64,000 nucleotides of DNA from assembly GCA_965648915.1 (NCBI GenBank), contig CBFGIV010000002.1, positions 32,001-96,000 of the forward strand. Reading direction: 5' to 3'. Below are positions 19,378-32,431 of this stretch, in pieces (position 1 is the first letter of the stretch; each line of letters begins with the position of its first letter). Made by a program: the position numbers and the translations under genes. The notes beneath the pieces were generated by a model. That model searched no databases. It saw only the letters and a program-made list of their open reading frames with translations, and was not told the origin of the DNA. The DNA comes from a candidate division WOR-3 bacterium. GTDB taxonomy: Bacteria; Hydrothermota; Tepidihabitantia; SM23-42; CAYGYG01.

Positions 19378-19405
19378 TTGACATTTTCACAGAAATGAAG
19401 ATAAT
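19378..19405 (+). promoter_or_regulatory. promoter of the PstS-like/TonB operon
   Basis: TTGACA-N16-GATAAT. Confidence 0.55.
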
Positions 19406-19420
19406 TATATAGGGTTAAAT

Positions 19421-20344
19421 ATGGCCAGACCAATTTTGGTCAGCTTTTGCCTCTTTTTCGTTTCTACATTACCGATGCTCTCAGGGTGTGGTGAGAGTAA
19501 GGAACGGCCGAGTGCAATCTCAGGTTATATAACGGTCAGGAGTTCAGAACAGGTTTTGCTAATGATGATGGATGCGGCCTATGCCTTTATGGATTTATAT
19601 CAAAAGGCAAAGATCCTGGTCCGGGACCAGGGTTCAAATCCGGCTTTAGCCTCGATCTTTATCGATTCAGCAGAGATTGCGGTTTCGACTCGACCAATAA
19701 CGCCGGATGAGCGGGAAAGGGCCCGGAACGCAGGTTTTGATGTTCATGAATATAAAGTTGCAAAAGATGGAATTGCAATTGTTGTCAATCCCCTCAACCC
19801 GGTTACTAAACTTACGGTTAAGCAGTTGATTGATATCTTTACCGGTCGGATAAAGAATTGGTCAGCAGTTGGTGGTAAAGATTGGCCAGTGCTGGTCATG
19901 ATCTGGGGTGAAAATGCCGGGACATTCAGTTACTTTCGAGACAGTATCTTAAGAGGCACCGATTACAGGAAAGACGCCCGGCGGTTTGATAATACCGAAG
20001 CGATGATAAAGGCGATTGCCGTGGAGAAAGGTGCCATCGGGTTAATTTCGATGGCGCGCCTCTATCGGTCATGGAGTCCATTGATTGAAGATACAAGGAT
20101 TAAACCATTGGCGATCGGGTTAAATTCCTCATCCGAATTTGTTACGCCCGATGAGGCGACGGTTCATGAAGGTCGTTATCCATTAACCCGCTATATCTAT
20201 CTCTATACCCCGCGTGAACCAAAAGGGCTGGATGCAGGATTCATTACATACCTTACTTCATCGGCGGGTCAGAAGATTATTGCGGCTAACGGCTTTGTGC
20301 CGATAACCGTTCCGGTCAAATATACGCAGGATACAATAAAATAG
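19421..20344 (+). CDS. PstS-like substrate-binding lipoprotein
   Basis: Lipobox LSGC; VAKDGIAIVVNP, IFTG.I.NW..VGG, YPLTRYIYLY. Confidence 0.8.
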   Translation: MARPILVSFCLFFVSTLPMLSGCGESKERPSAISGYITVRSSEQVLLMMMDAAYAFMDLYQKAKILVRDQGSNPALASIFIDSAEIAVSTRPITPDERERARNAGFDVHEYKVAKDGIAIVVNPLNPVTKLTVKQLIDIFTGRIKNWSAVGGKDWPVLVMIWGENAGTFSYFRDSILRGTDYRKDARRFDNTEAMIKAIAVEKGAIGLISMARLYRSWSPLIEDTRIKPLAIGLNSSSEFVTPDEATVHEGRYPLTRYIYLYTPREPKGLDAGFITYLTSSAGQKIIAANGFVPITVPVKYTQDTIK

Positions 20345-20409
20345 GTTATGCACCGTCCGGGAATAAATTATCGGCCAACAGGTATAATAATAAGGAATCT
20401 GGAGTGTAA

Positions 20410-21810
20410 ATGAAAAATATTTTAAGCTTAATCTTCTTAGGAGTTGTTATTCTTGCTGGGGCATCGATTGAAGATCTTTTAAGAGAAGGGATAATGCTCA
20501 GAGAGCAGGGTAAGATAGACGAATCGATCCTCAAATTCCAGGAGATATTGAAGTCAAAGGCGAAGCATCCTCAGGCAAATTTTGAAATTGCTAAAAGTTA
20601 TCTGCTTAAGAACGATTGTGAAAATGCTATCACATACTTTAAGAACGCCGCAAAATATGGCTATGACAAATTCCAGTCTTCTTTTAACTTGGGGCTTGCC
20701 TATGAAGCCTGTGGCAACAATATGGAGGCCTCCTATGAGTTCAGCGAAGCCCTCAGGATCAAGTCTGATGATTTAGATTGTATGTGTGCACTGGCCCGGG
20801 TCAGTCAACAGAATAATGTTGCGGAATCGCTCTATCTTGCAATCTTAAAAATTGATAAAAATAATGCCCCGGCGATGGTTGGATTGGCTAATCTCTATGC
20901 TAATAGACGCCAGAAGGACAAGGCGCTTTCTTATTATGAAAAGGCTACAGCGGTGAAACCGGATTATGCTCCCGGCTTCTATGCCCTGGGCAATTTTTAT
21001 CTTCAGGAGAAGTTATATCCCAAGAGTATTGTGGAATTCACAAAATTTATCCAGCTGGAGCCAAAGAAACCGAAAGGATATACGGCTCGCGCCGATGCCT
21101 ATTCAAAGATGAATAACGATTCCAGTGCAATTAAAGATTTAAAAATTGCGACCGGTCTCGGTGACACATCTTTAGGGACATTAAAGTTTTTAGGATTCCT
21201 GCTGAATCGGGCAAAATTGATGGGAGAGTATAAAAAGGTGTTAAACCAGATCGTCGCGAAAGATCCGTATGATATTCAGTCCTGGCTCGATATTGCAAGG
21301 ATCGCTAATAAAGTTGATACAACCAAGAATGGATGGGTAGAGGCAGCATTTGCGTACAACAAGGTAATCGGACTCGATACAATGTATATCCGTGAGATTG
21401 CTTCAGATCTCGGTAAGGTTTACTATTCGATCGGTAAATATGATTCAGCAGTCTATTGGTTTAGTCGGGCAATCATGTATGATACACTTAAAGTTGCTAC
21501 ATATTTCAATCGTGCTCTGTCTTATATTCAACTCAAGAAATATCGACCTGAGGCAATTGAGGATCTGAAAAAAGGGTTGAGATTCAACCCTAAATATGTT
21601 CAGGGCTGGTTGTGGCTGGGACAGATCTATGAATTTTTAGGTATGAAGAGTGAAGCACTAACTGCTTATAATAAGGTTTTAGGACTCGATCCTAAGAATA
21701 AAACGGCCCGTGAAGGTATTCAGCGCCTCAAGCGGCCGGCACCCGCCCAGAGACCCAGTACCGAAGATTATTGGGACAAATACTGGGATGAGTTATACAA
21801 GCCAAAATGA
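20410..21810 (+). CDS. exported tetratricopeptide-repeat protein
   Basis: Signal peptide and multiple TPR-like repeats. Confidence 0.85.
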   Translation: MKNILSLIFLGVVILAGASIEDLLREGIMLREQGKIDESILKFQEILKSKAKHPQANFEIAKSYLLKNDCENAITYFKNAAKYGYDKFQSSFNLGLAYEACGNNMEASYEFSEALRIKSDDLDCMCALARVSQQNNVAESLYLAILKIDKNNAPAMVGLANLYANRRQKDKALSYYEKATAVKPDYAPGFYALGNFYLQEKLYPKSIVEFTKFIQLEPKKPKGYTARADAYSKMNNDSSAIKDLKIATGLGDTSLGTLKFLGFLLNRAKLMGEYKKVLNQIVAKDPYDIQSWLDIARIANKVDTTKNGWVEAAFAYNKVIGLDTMYIREIASDLGKVYYSIGKYDSAVYWFSRAIMYDTLKVATYFNRALSYIQLKKYRPEAIEDLKKGLRFNPKYVQGWLWLGQIYEFLGMKSEALTAYNKVLGLDPKNKTAREGIQRLKRPAPAQRPSTEDYWDKYWDELYKPK

Positions 21811-21952
21811 ACCTATTTGCCCTGATTTTTCGATGTGCTTATACTGAATCAGTAAATTGTCCTGGTGATCAAGTTTTTAGACAGGGTAAAAAGGGGCGGA
21901 ATTTGTTGAAGATGGAACCAGACGGTAACAAACAAAGAAAGGAGGTTTAACG

Positions 21953-22786
21953 ATGTCTGGATTTTTTGAAGGACTGCACAATGCACCGGTGGCTGTAAAA
22001 CTAATCGTCTCTTTTGGTATCCCGGCAGCTCTGGCTATTGGCTTAGGGATTGCCCTCGCCTTCGTGAAAAAAGTTGGCCTTTTAACCTGGATACTCTACA
22101 TCTGTAATCTGATCATCTGTATCATAATCTTTCAGATGTTACCCGATTTTGTCAGAGCTGGTGGCCCCCTGGTCGGTGTCTTGATTTATATCTTTATTCT
22201 CCTGATCACCTATATGATTGAAAGGTATTTTACTCTCCATAGAGCCAAAGGGCGGTCGCCGATGAGTGAATTTATGCACAGCTACATCCAGCATATTTCT
22301 GAGAAGAATTTTGATGCAGCAATTAATGACTGCGATATGCAGGGTGGTTCGGCGGCAAATATTCTTAAGAGCGGTTTACAGCAGGTTGTGAAGGGTTCGG
22401 GAGAAAAGGCCCAGTTGACCAAGACTGCCTTTGAGACAAGGAGGATATTCGAAGAGGCAATTGCCCGTGAGACCCCACTCCTTGAGCGGAATTTAATCGC
22501 CCTTACGACTATTGCTTCGATCGCAACGATGGTTGGACTCTTAGGGACAACGATCGGAATGATTCGTGCTTTCCAGGCAATGGCCCATGCTGGTGCCCCG
22601 GATGCTATCCAGCTGGCGCGGGGTATTTCCGAGGCACTCTTTAACACCGCGGGCGGTCTTGCCAATGCAATCCTTGGTATCCTTTCCAACAACTTCTTCG
22701 TTAACAAGGTTGACCGTTTCACCTATGACATCAATGAAGCGGTCTATGATACACTTGACTACCTGGAGCGTCTCGAAAAGAAATAA
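21953..22786 (+). CDS. exbB: ExbB/TolQ/MotA proton-channel protein
   Basis: IATMVGLLGTTIGMIRAF...GISEALFNTAGG. Confidence 0.88.
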   Translation: MSGFFEGLHNAPVAVKLIVSFGIPAALAIGLGIALAFVKKVGLLTWILYICNLIICIIIFQMLPDFVRAGGPLVGVLIYIFILLITYMIERYFTLHRAKGRSPMSEFMHSYIQHISEKNFDAAINDCDMQGGSAANILKSGLQQVVKGSGEKAQLTKTAFETRRIFEEAIARETPLLERNLIALTTIASIATMVGLLGTTIGMIRAFQAMAHAGAPDAIQLARGISEALFNTAGGLANAILGILSNNFFVNKVDRFTYDINEAVYDTLDYLERLEKK

Positions 22787-22797
22787 CGGAGGCCAAA

Positions 22798-23472
22798 ATG
22801 GCAGTTCGTAAAAAACCACGCGTTGGCATCACCATCGATATGACGCCGATGGTGGATATCGGCTTCCTCCTGGTCATCTTTTTTATGAGCACCTATCATG
22901 CTCGACCACCCGAGACACTCAGCGTGGAATTACCATTATCCCGCTCACCTTTTAAGGTTCCGGAATCGGATGTTATGATTTTAACCATCATCCCACCGGA
23001 AAGGGCATATAATATTGCAGAGAGTATCAACCCTTCGGCGCTCTTGAAGACAATCGCCGATTATCAACTGCCCGTTGCTCAGGGAGGTTTGGGGTTGAAA
23101 CGGACAGTTGCGATTGATCGTGCTGTGCATGAATTCAAGACAAAGGAGAAGATCTTAGAGACGATTGCCGAGGTGGCAAACTTTACACCACAACAGCGAG
23201 CGGCACGTGCGGATAGTCTTCTGATCTGGTGGAATTTAGGCCGGGAATCGGCCCAGCCCATAAAATTTGATGATGTCGGGCGTCTGATCATTGATGAGCG
23301 GATAAGAAATCCACGGCTCCGTCTGGTGGTCAAGGCGGATAAGAAAGTTCAATCGGGTGTAATCCTCAGATTGATGGAAGTTCTTCAGGATCCCAAGGTT
23401 AATATGCTACGGTTTAGCATGATGACGATGCTGGAAGAGACCGGCTCCGCCATCATGACACATGGAGGATAA
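22798..23472 (+). CDS. exbD: ExbD/TolR family protein with long insertion
   Basis: IDMTPMVDIGFLLVIFFM; VVKADK. Confidence 0.85.
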   Translation: MAVRKKPRVGITIDMTPMVDIGFLLVIFFMSTYHARPPETLSVELPLSRSPFKVPESDVMILTIIPPERAYNIAESINPSALLKTIADYQLPVAQGGLGLKRTVAIDRAVHEFKTKEKILETIAEVANFTPQQRAARADSLLIWWNLGRESAQPIKFDDVGRLIIDERIRNPRLRLVVKADKKVQSGVILRLMEVLQDPKVNMLRFSMMTMLEETGSAIMTHGG

Positions 23473-23473
23473 T

Positions 23474-24055
23474 ATGGCAGTAGTCGAAGGAGCACAACGG
23501 GGTGGTAAAAGGCGACGCGGTCGAATCATCAATGACCTGACGCCAATGGTAGATATTGCATTTCTACTTGTGATCTTCTTTATGACGACAACGGTCTTCC
23601 GTGAACCCCAGGCGATCGAAATCGCTTTACCTCCCAAGGGGACGGTCCCGACCGCCCAATCGAATGTTATTACTATATTCATCGATTCGCTCGGCAATAC
23701 GACCAAACAGTTAGCAGATGAGCCGCCGGTGCCAATCAGGCTTGATTCGATAGAATATTATCTAAGGATAGAAGAGCGGAAGAATGTGGAGCGTCAACCC
23801 GGTGGCCAGGAGTTACTTGCCCAGTATGACGCATTACCTGAAGGCGACCGGAAGGATAGCCTTGAGAAATTTATCAAGCGGAAGGTTTCGAAACTAGTCG
23901 TGCTGGTTGACGTCCATGGTAAGTCTCTCTATCAGGATATGGTCAGGGTTATGGATCAGGTGCAACAGGCAGGTATTGTTCGATTCAGTATCATCCCGCA
24001 CATTGTAGAAACACCACCACCCACCAGGACCAAGAAAGGAGGTAGAATAAGATGA
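23474..24055 (+). CDS. exbD: second ExbD/TolR family protein
   Basis: SD GGAGG; DLTPMVDIAFLLVIFFM; YQDMVRVMD. Confidence 0.85.
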   Translation: MAVVEGAQRGGKRRRGRIINDLTPMVDIAFLLVIFFMTTTVFREPQAIEIALPPKGTVPTAQSNVITIFIDSLGNTTKQLADEPPVPIRLDSIEYYLRIEERKNVERQPGGQELLAQYDALPEGDRKDSLEKFIKRKVSKLVVLVDVHGKSLYQDMVRVMDQVQQAGIVRFSIIPHIVETPPPTRTKKGGRIR

Positions 24056-24807
24056 TGAATGGAAGATTCTGGTTCCCCCCAATCGGTAAGAGAAGCCCGA
24101 TCGTCCAGATTGCAAGTAATAACCTGCGTACCGCTTATTACATCACCAACGGTTTGATTTTCTTGCTGATTTTTCTGGTTTTTGCTTATGTAAAATATCA
24201 ACAGTGGCAGTACCAGCAGAGGATTAAGAAATTGGGATCGACTACAGGTAAGAAGGTAATAACATTGACCTATGCTCAATTAGGACCACCGCCTTCAATT
24301 GCCGGAAGTGAAGAGGCGAGTGCGCAGGCAGCGAGCGGTGGCGCCCGGGCGGCCGCACCAGCCGTGGGTGTTCCAAAGCCAGTACCGGATGAAGAGGCTA
24401 TTTCGGAAACAGCACCAACCCAGGCTGAGATCTCAGGTGTCAGTCTTGTTGGCTCGGGAACCGGAACCGGTGTTGGTTCGGGGACAATCATTCAGGTTGA
24501 GGAGATCCCGGATATCAATGCCTTTGTCCCTTATGAGGTTGAACCGAAGATTATCAGTCAGCCACCTTTAATCTATCCTGAATTTGCCCGGGTTGCTGAA
24601 CAGGAAGGGACAGTATATGTTAAGGCCCTGGTTGATCTGGACGGTTCAATTATGAGGGTTGTGGTGATTAGAAGCTCGGGTTCACCGATACTCGATTCGG
24701 CGGCAGTCGGCTGGGTTTATGACTGGAAGATGTCGCCTGCCCTCCAGAACCAGAAACCGGTTCGGGTCTGGGTTGCCAAGCCGATTCACTTCAAATTACA
24801 GAAGTAG
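24052..24807 (+). CDS. tonB: energy transducer TonB
   Basis: N-terminal TM, GPPPSI, VGVPKPVPD, YPE.A...EG.V.V...VD.DG TonB_C. Confidence 0.88.
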   Translation: MMNGRFWFPPIGKRSPIVQIASNNLRTAYYITNGLIFLLIFLVFAYVKYQQWQYQQRIKKLGSTTGKKVITLTYAQLGPPPSIAGSEEASAQAASGGARAAAPAVGVPKPVPDEEAISETAPTQAEISGVSLVGSGTGTGVGSGTIIQVEEIPDINAFVPYEVEPKIISQPPLIYPEFARVAEQEGTVYVKALVDLDGSIMRVVVIRSSGSPILDSAAVGWVYDWKMSPALQNQKPVRVWVAKPIHFKLQK

Positions 24808-24928
24808 TTTCGTTAAAAACGCTCTATCCGATAAAAGGTTTGTCGGGAATAATACCGAATGCCTCCTGGTATAATTAGATAGCAATGAGTGCCTCGGATT
24901 AAGCGGGGCACTCAGAAAGGAGGCTAAA

Positions 24929-25687
24929 ATGCGCGCCAATTTTAACCAAACCGATCTGGCGGATTTAGGTACCCGGAGCCCAGTAATAAAGGTGTATACC
25001 TCCAATCTCAAACGAGCCTTTTACTCAACCAATAGCCTGATATTTCTTATCATCATTCTGGTCTTTGCCTATATCAAATACCACCAATGGCAGTATCATC
25101 GATGGCGTGATCTACAGGTAAAGAGAACAGAAACCAGAACAATAATTATTGAACCCTGGCGAATTGGTCCCCCGCCATCGATAACCGGAAATGGCGGTGA
25201 TGGAGGAATTGGGAATGGTACAGGCGGAGTTAAGTCGGTCGCACCGGCGGTCGGTGTTCCCAAACCAGTGCCTGATGATAAGGCAGTTCAAATCACAATA
25301 CCAACCCAATTCGACATTGCCGGAACCGGCATCTTCCAGGGTAATGGCGGGATAGGTTATGGGGTGGATATCAAAATTCAGGACATCCCTGATATTGATA
25401 CCTTTATCCCCCATGAGGTTGCTCCCCGGGTGATTTCAAAGCCACCGTTGATCTATCCCCAGCCTGCGGTCCTGATGGAACAGGAAGGCAAGGTCTGGAT
25501 CAAGGCCCTGGTCGACCTTGATGGTTCAATAATGAAGGCAGTGGTGTTGAAGAGCTCAAGTTTTCCCCTGCTCGACAGTGCGGCAGTTGCAAATATTTAC
25601 GGGTGGCGATTAAGTCCAGCCCTGCAGAATAAAAATCCAGTGCGGGTCTGGGTAACGATGCCGATTGAATTCAAACTGCAGAAGTGA
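24929..25687 (+). CDS. tonB: energy transducer TonB (tandem paralog)
   Basis: Same architecture as the upstream copy and near-identical C-domain; SD AAGGAGG. Confidence 0.88.
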   Translation: MRANFNQTDLADLGTRSPVIKVYTSNLKRAFYSTNSLIFLIIILVFAYIKYHQWQYHRWRDLQVKRTETRTIIIEPWRIGPPPSITGNGGDGGIGNGTGGVKSVAPAVGVPKPVPDDKAVQITIPTQFDIAGTGIFQGNGGIGYGVDIKIQDIPDIDTFIPHEVAPRVISKPPLIYPQPAVLMEQEGKVWIKALVDLDGSIMKAVVLKSSSFPLLDSAAVANIYGWRLSPALQNKNPVRVWVTMPIEFKLQK

Positions 25688-25690
25688 TTT

Positions 25691-26128
25691 TTATATATGC
25701 GGAGTTGTCTCTTTCTCAATTCTCGGCCCCTTACGCCGGCCGATCTTAATTCTAATCAAGGCACGCTGCAGGGCGGCCAATGCTTCGGCATGTGATGTCT
25801 TATCGAGTTGCTTCTCAGCCAGAAGTTTACGGGCACGCTCCCGGGCTTTTTCCGCCCTCTCGATATCGATCTCTTCGGCCCTTTCTGCCGCATCGGCCAG
25901 GATTGTTACCTTCTGACTGGTTATCTGGACAAAGCCGCCGGTGATTGCCATATAGACAATTTCGCTCTCTTTTTTTATCTTTATCTCGCCCGGACTGATT
26001 ATTGATACAACCGGCATATGGTGGGCCAGAACTGTGATCTCGCCCTGCAGGGTCGGAATGGTTACGGAATCGACCTCTTCTGAGTAGATTAACCGTTCGG
26101 GCGTTACAATCTCTAACTTAAATTTCAT
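25691..26128 (-). CDS. atpC: ATP synthase epsilon
   Basis: LEIVTPER, GGF, ILADAAERAEEID. Confidence 0.95.
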   Translation of the reverse strand: MKFKLEIVTPERLIYSEEVDSVTIPTLQGEITVLAHHMPVVSIISPGEIKIKKESEIVYMAITGGFVQITSQKVTILADAAERAEEIDIERAEKARERARKLLAEKQLDKTSHAEALAALQRALIRIKIGRRKGPRIEKETTPHI

Positions 26129-26146
26129 AACGATAAGATTTTTTGA

Positions 26147-28388
<2,242 letters not shown>

Positions 28389-28389
<1 letters not shown>

Positions 28390-29903
28390 TAATCTTTTTC
28401 AAAGATACCCTTAAATTCCTCAATATATTTTTTGAGTTTTTCCTCGACCTCAACCGTGAGGTCTTTTGTTTTTTTAATCTCGGCACCAATTTCCGGATGC
28501 ATCGAGTCCATAAATTTCAAGAATTTATCTTCGAAATCACGGATCTTATTAACCGGGACATCATCGATCAAACCCGAGATACCTGCAAATATTATCATAA
28601 CCTGTTTCTCAACGGCCATTGGAACATATTGATTCTGCTTCAAGATTTCGGTCATAACTTTACCCCGGGTTAATTGCTTACGGGTTGCCTCATCAAGGTC
28701 ACTGGAAAACTCGGCAAAGGCAGCCATTTCCCGATACTGGGCGAGGTCGAGACGTAACTTACCGGCAACCTTCCGCATTGCCTTGATCTGGGCTGATGAA
28801 CCCACCCGGGAGACGGAGAGGCCGACATTGATCGCAGGTCGAATACCCTGATAAAAGAGTTCAGGCTCGAGGTAGATCTGGCCATCGGTTATTGAGATGA
28901 CATTGGTTGGAATATAAGAAGTAAAGTCACCCGCTTGGGTCTCAATAATGGGCAGAGCAGTAAGTGAACCTCCGCCATGCTCCTTATTTAATTTGGCTGC
29001 CCGTTCGAGGAGACGGGAATGGAGATAAAAGATGTCCCCCGGGTATGCTTCACGACCCGGAGGTCTTCTGAGGACCAAGGAGATTTGACGATAGGCCCAG
29101 GCATGTTTGGAAAGGTCATCATAGATGACCAGGGCATCCTTTCCCTGATCCATAAAATATTCGCCCATCGCACAGCCGGCATAGGGCGCAATATACCAGA
29201 GCGATGCTGGATCTGATGAACTGGCGCTGACAACAATAGTGTAGTCCATTGCTCCGTACTTCTCCAGCTCAGTAATGATTCGGGCAAGTTTCGATTCTTT
29301 CTGCCCGATTGAGACATAGATACAGAAGACATCCTCATTTTTCTGGTTAATTATTGTATCGATGACAATTGCGGTCTTACCGGTCTGACGATCACCGATT
29401 ATCAATTCCCGTTGACCCCGGCCAATTGGTATCATACTATCAATTGCCTTGATTCCGGTCTGAATCGGTCGATTTACCGGCTCCCGGAGAATAACCCGGG
29501 GCGCAATCTTTTCTATCGGGTAATATGCATTGGGTTTGATCGAACCCTTGCCATCAAGCGGTTCTCCCAGAGGGTTGACGACCCGGCCTAAAAGTTGAGG
29601 CCCAACTCCCACCTCAAGGATGCGGCCGGTTCCTTTTACCAGATCACCTTCTTTTATCTTCTCAAAATCGCCCAGGACAATTGCCCCAATTCGGTCGTGG
29701 AGAAGATTGAGCGCAACCCCAGATATACCACCCGGGAATTCGAGCATCTCAGAGGCAAAACAGTCAGTCAGACCAAAAATTTGGGCAACGCCGTCACCGA
29801 TCTCAATCACAGTGCCGACACGCTCAACCATAACTTTTGCTTCAAATTCAATGAGTTCCTTTTTTAATTCAGTCAAAAGCCTTGCTTTTTGATCTTGATC
29901 CAT
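28389..29903 (-). CDS. atpA: ATP synthase alpha
   Basis: [20 protein letters not shown]. Confidence 0.98.
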
Positions 29904-29951
29904 CCGATCAGACCTCCGGTTGATGAACGACCAACCAATTAGTTGTTATTT

Positions 29952-30428
29952 CTACCCGTATTGAAATCGTGCCAATCTTTTCAATTTTGAACTGATACTG
30001 GCATCAATCAAAATATCCCCCATCTTGACTACCATCCCACCAATAATTTCAGGATCGACAATATTTTTGACCGTCAAAGGTCGGCCGATCCGGGCCGAAA
30101 ACCTTTCCGCCAGGCTAATTTTTTCTTCAGGTGAAAGTGGTTCGGCTGTTTTTACTTCTAATTCAAGAATACCGCGTTCTTCCCTGGTCCGACGGTAATT
30201 TCTCAAGATTTCAGTCAGTGTATTTATTGTATTACTGCGCAGGAGGAGGAAGAGAAATTCATAAGCGGTCGGACTGATATAGTCTTTGAAAAGACCTTTG
30301 AGGGTTTTAATTTTTTCCGCAAAGGGAATACGTGGGTTTTCCAGATAACCGCGGAGTTTTAGGGAAGAACGGAGTGAAGATTCAACAAGTTCAAGATCAG
30401 TAAATATTGGTTCCAGATCCGGTTCCAT
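29952..30428 (-). CDS. atpH: ATP synthase delta (short N-terminus)
   Basis: NP.IP..EK, DPEIIGGMVVKMGD.LIDAS; position in the operon. Confidence 0.88.
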   Translation of the reverse strand: MEPDLEPIFTDLELVESSLRSSLKLRGYLENPRIPFAEKIKTLKGLFKDYISPTAYEFLFLLLRSNTINTLTEILRNYRRTREERGILELEVKTAEPLSPEEKISLAERFSARIGRPLTVKNIVDPEIIGGMVVKMGDILIDASISSKLKRLARFQYG

Positions 30429-30429
30429 A

Positions 30430-30954
30430 TTATCTCTTTTTGCTGATCGACTCGAGTTCTTTTTCTACTTCTTTGACTGCATTCTCGAGGAGATTCTTCT
30501 TGGTCTTTTCATCGATTGTCTTACGGATCATTGCGGTTGAGAGAGTGACCACCATGGCACCTACTTCCTTTTTTATCTCGTTCATGATGTTCTTCTTTTC
30601 GACATCAATCTCCTGCATTGTTCGCTCAACAATCTTTTTCGATTCCTCATTGGCTAACTGAATAATCTTTTTCTTCTCCTCTTCCCCCAGCCTGGATGCC
30701 TGTTCGATTATCCGGTGTGCTTCTCTTTTTGCTTCTTCAATCAGGAGTTTCTGTTTTGTTTCAGATTCGGCTGCCTGTCTTTTAAGGTCTTCAGCCGTCT
30801 TGAGGCTTTCTTCAATCTTAGTCGAACGCTCTTTGAAGAGCTTGAGGATCGGTTTATATAAAAAACGGTTGAGGAGCCAGAGAAGAATCAAAAAGTTAAT
30901 AATCTGGGCAAGGAGAAGGATCGGCTGAATGCCGAGTTTACCGAGGACTTCCAT
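30430..30954 (-). CDS. atpF: ATP synthase subunit b
   Basis: AQIINFLILLWLL..FLYKPI followed by a coiled coil. Confidence 0.93.
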   Translation of the reverse strand: MEVLGKLGIQPILLLAQIINFLILLWLLNRFLYKPILKLFKERSTKIEESLKTAEDLKRQAAESETKQKLLIEEAKREAHRIIEQASRLGEEEKKKIIQLANEESKKIVERTMQEIDVEKKNIMNEIKKEVGAMVVTLSTAMIRKTIDEKTKKNLLENAVKEVEKELESISKKR

Positions 30955-30956
30955 GG

Positions 30957-31235
<279 letters not shown>

Positions 31236-31285
31236 TTAGAATTGTTAAAAGATCAGCCTCAAATATCGTTCGATTCAGATAGAGA

Positions 31286-32026
31286 CTAATGTTCTTCATG
31301 GATTGTAGCAATCTTGATAAAAAATAGGGTTAAGAGTGCAAAGACCAGGGCCTGAATAAAGCCGACAAATATTTCAAGAATTAGAAAAGGGATCGGTATA
31401 ATAAGTGGCACTAATGTAATCATCACTAATAGCAGGACTTCACCGGCAAATATATTACCAAAGAGTCGAAATGAGAAAGAAATAATCTTTGCAAACTCGG
31501 AGATTAACTCGAGGATGCCGACAAAAAAATAGATCGGGCTTCTAAGTTTGATAAAGCGGCCAATAAAACCCTTAAAGCCGAGATATTTAATGCTGTAAAC
31601 CTGGGTTAAAAAGACTGAGATCAGAGCCAAGGCAAGAGTGGTATTGAGATCGGCAGATGCCCCGCGCAAATACGGAACAAATTCTTTGTGCTCACCGTGA
31701 CCATGGTAAAATCCGATCGAACCAAAACCGGGCAGCAGGCCCAGCCAGTTGATGAGCAGCACAAAGAGGAAGATGGTCATTACCAGAGGGAAGAAGCGTT
31801 GACCTCTCTTTTCGTCCTCGACTGCATCACAGATGGTCTGATAGAAGAATTCCAGGATATACTCAATAACGTTCTGGATACCGATCGGGATGATATTTTT
31901 CTTTATGCGGATAATAACTATCAAAATGATAAAAATGATGATAGTCAGCCAGGTTGCTATCAAGGAATTGGTAATCGGCAGGGGCCCTAAATCAAATAAC
32001 TTTTCTGCAGCAATTGAAATGTGCAT
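31286..32026 (-). CDS. atpB: ATP synthase subunit a
   Basis: ADLNTTLALAL, SFSFRLFGNIFAGE, IQALVF; start chosen 7 nt after the -10 box. Confidence 0.95.
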   Translation of the reverse strand: MHISIAAEKLFDLGPLPITNSLIATWLTIIIFIILIVIIRIKKNIIPIGIQNVIEYILEFFYQTICDAVEDEKRGQRFFPLVMTIFLFVLLINWLGLLPGFGSIGFYHGHGEHKEFVPYLRGASADLNTTLALALISVFLTQVYSIKYLGFKGFIGRFIKLRSPIYFFVGILELISEFAKIISFSFRLFGNIFAGEVLLLVMITLVPLIIPIPFLILEIFVGFIQALVFALLTLFFIKIATIHEEH

Positions 32027-32033
32027 CTTATAC

Positions 32034-32061
32034 ATTATACTTTAAAAAAGCAAAAAGTCAA
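32034..32061 (-). promoter_or_regulatory. atp operon promoter (probably leaderless)
   Basis: TTGACT-N16-TATAAT, 7 nt before ATG 32026. Confidence 0.75.
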
Positions 32062-32431
32062 CTATAATGTGCAGATAGGCATAGAGATCGTAATCGGTTG
32101 TCCGCCTGGCTTGGTCAAAGAACAATTTTGCCGGGTAAGTCCGGGCTTTATACTTTCAGGTTATACCCGGATTGAAGAATTGCTTGGAGGGGCAGGATTT
32201 CTCTGAATATGCTGGCAAGGGAATGAATTCCATTACGTCTTTTGATCGGGTCAAATTAGATTATCCTCAGGGGGTAAATCTTTTCTTCTCTTTTTAAATT
32301 ACTTCCCCTCTCGGCGCGGACAAAAATTCTTTATGGGTTTTAAGAGCCGAGAGCCTTATGACAGAAAGAGAGATTCAGATTGACTGTTAATTTTGCGCAG
32401 GGCGTCAAGGGGATTAAAGATCACCTACTGG

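Noticed and set aside
32062..32431. ncRNA or gene in the atpB-hycI gap
   Set aside because: Only short, interrupted ORFs are present, with no motif or structure I can recognise.
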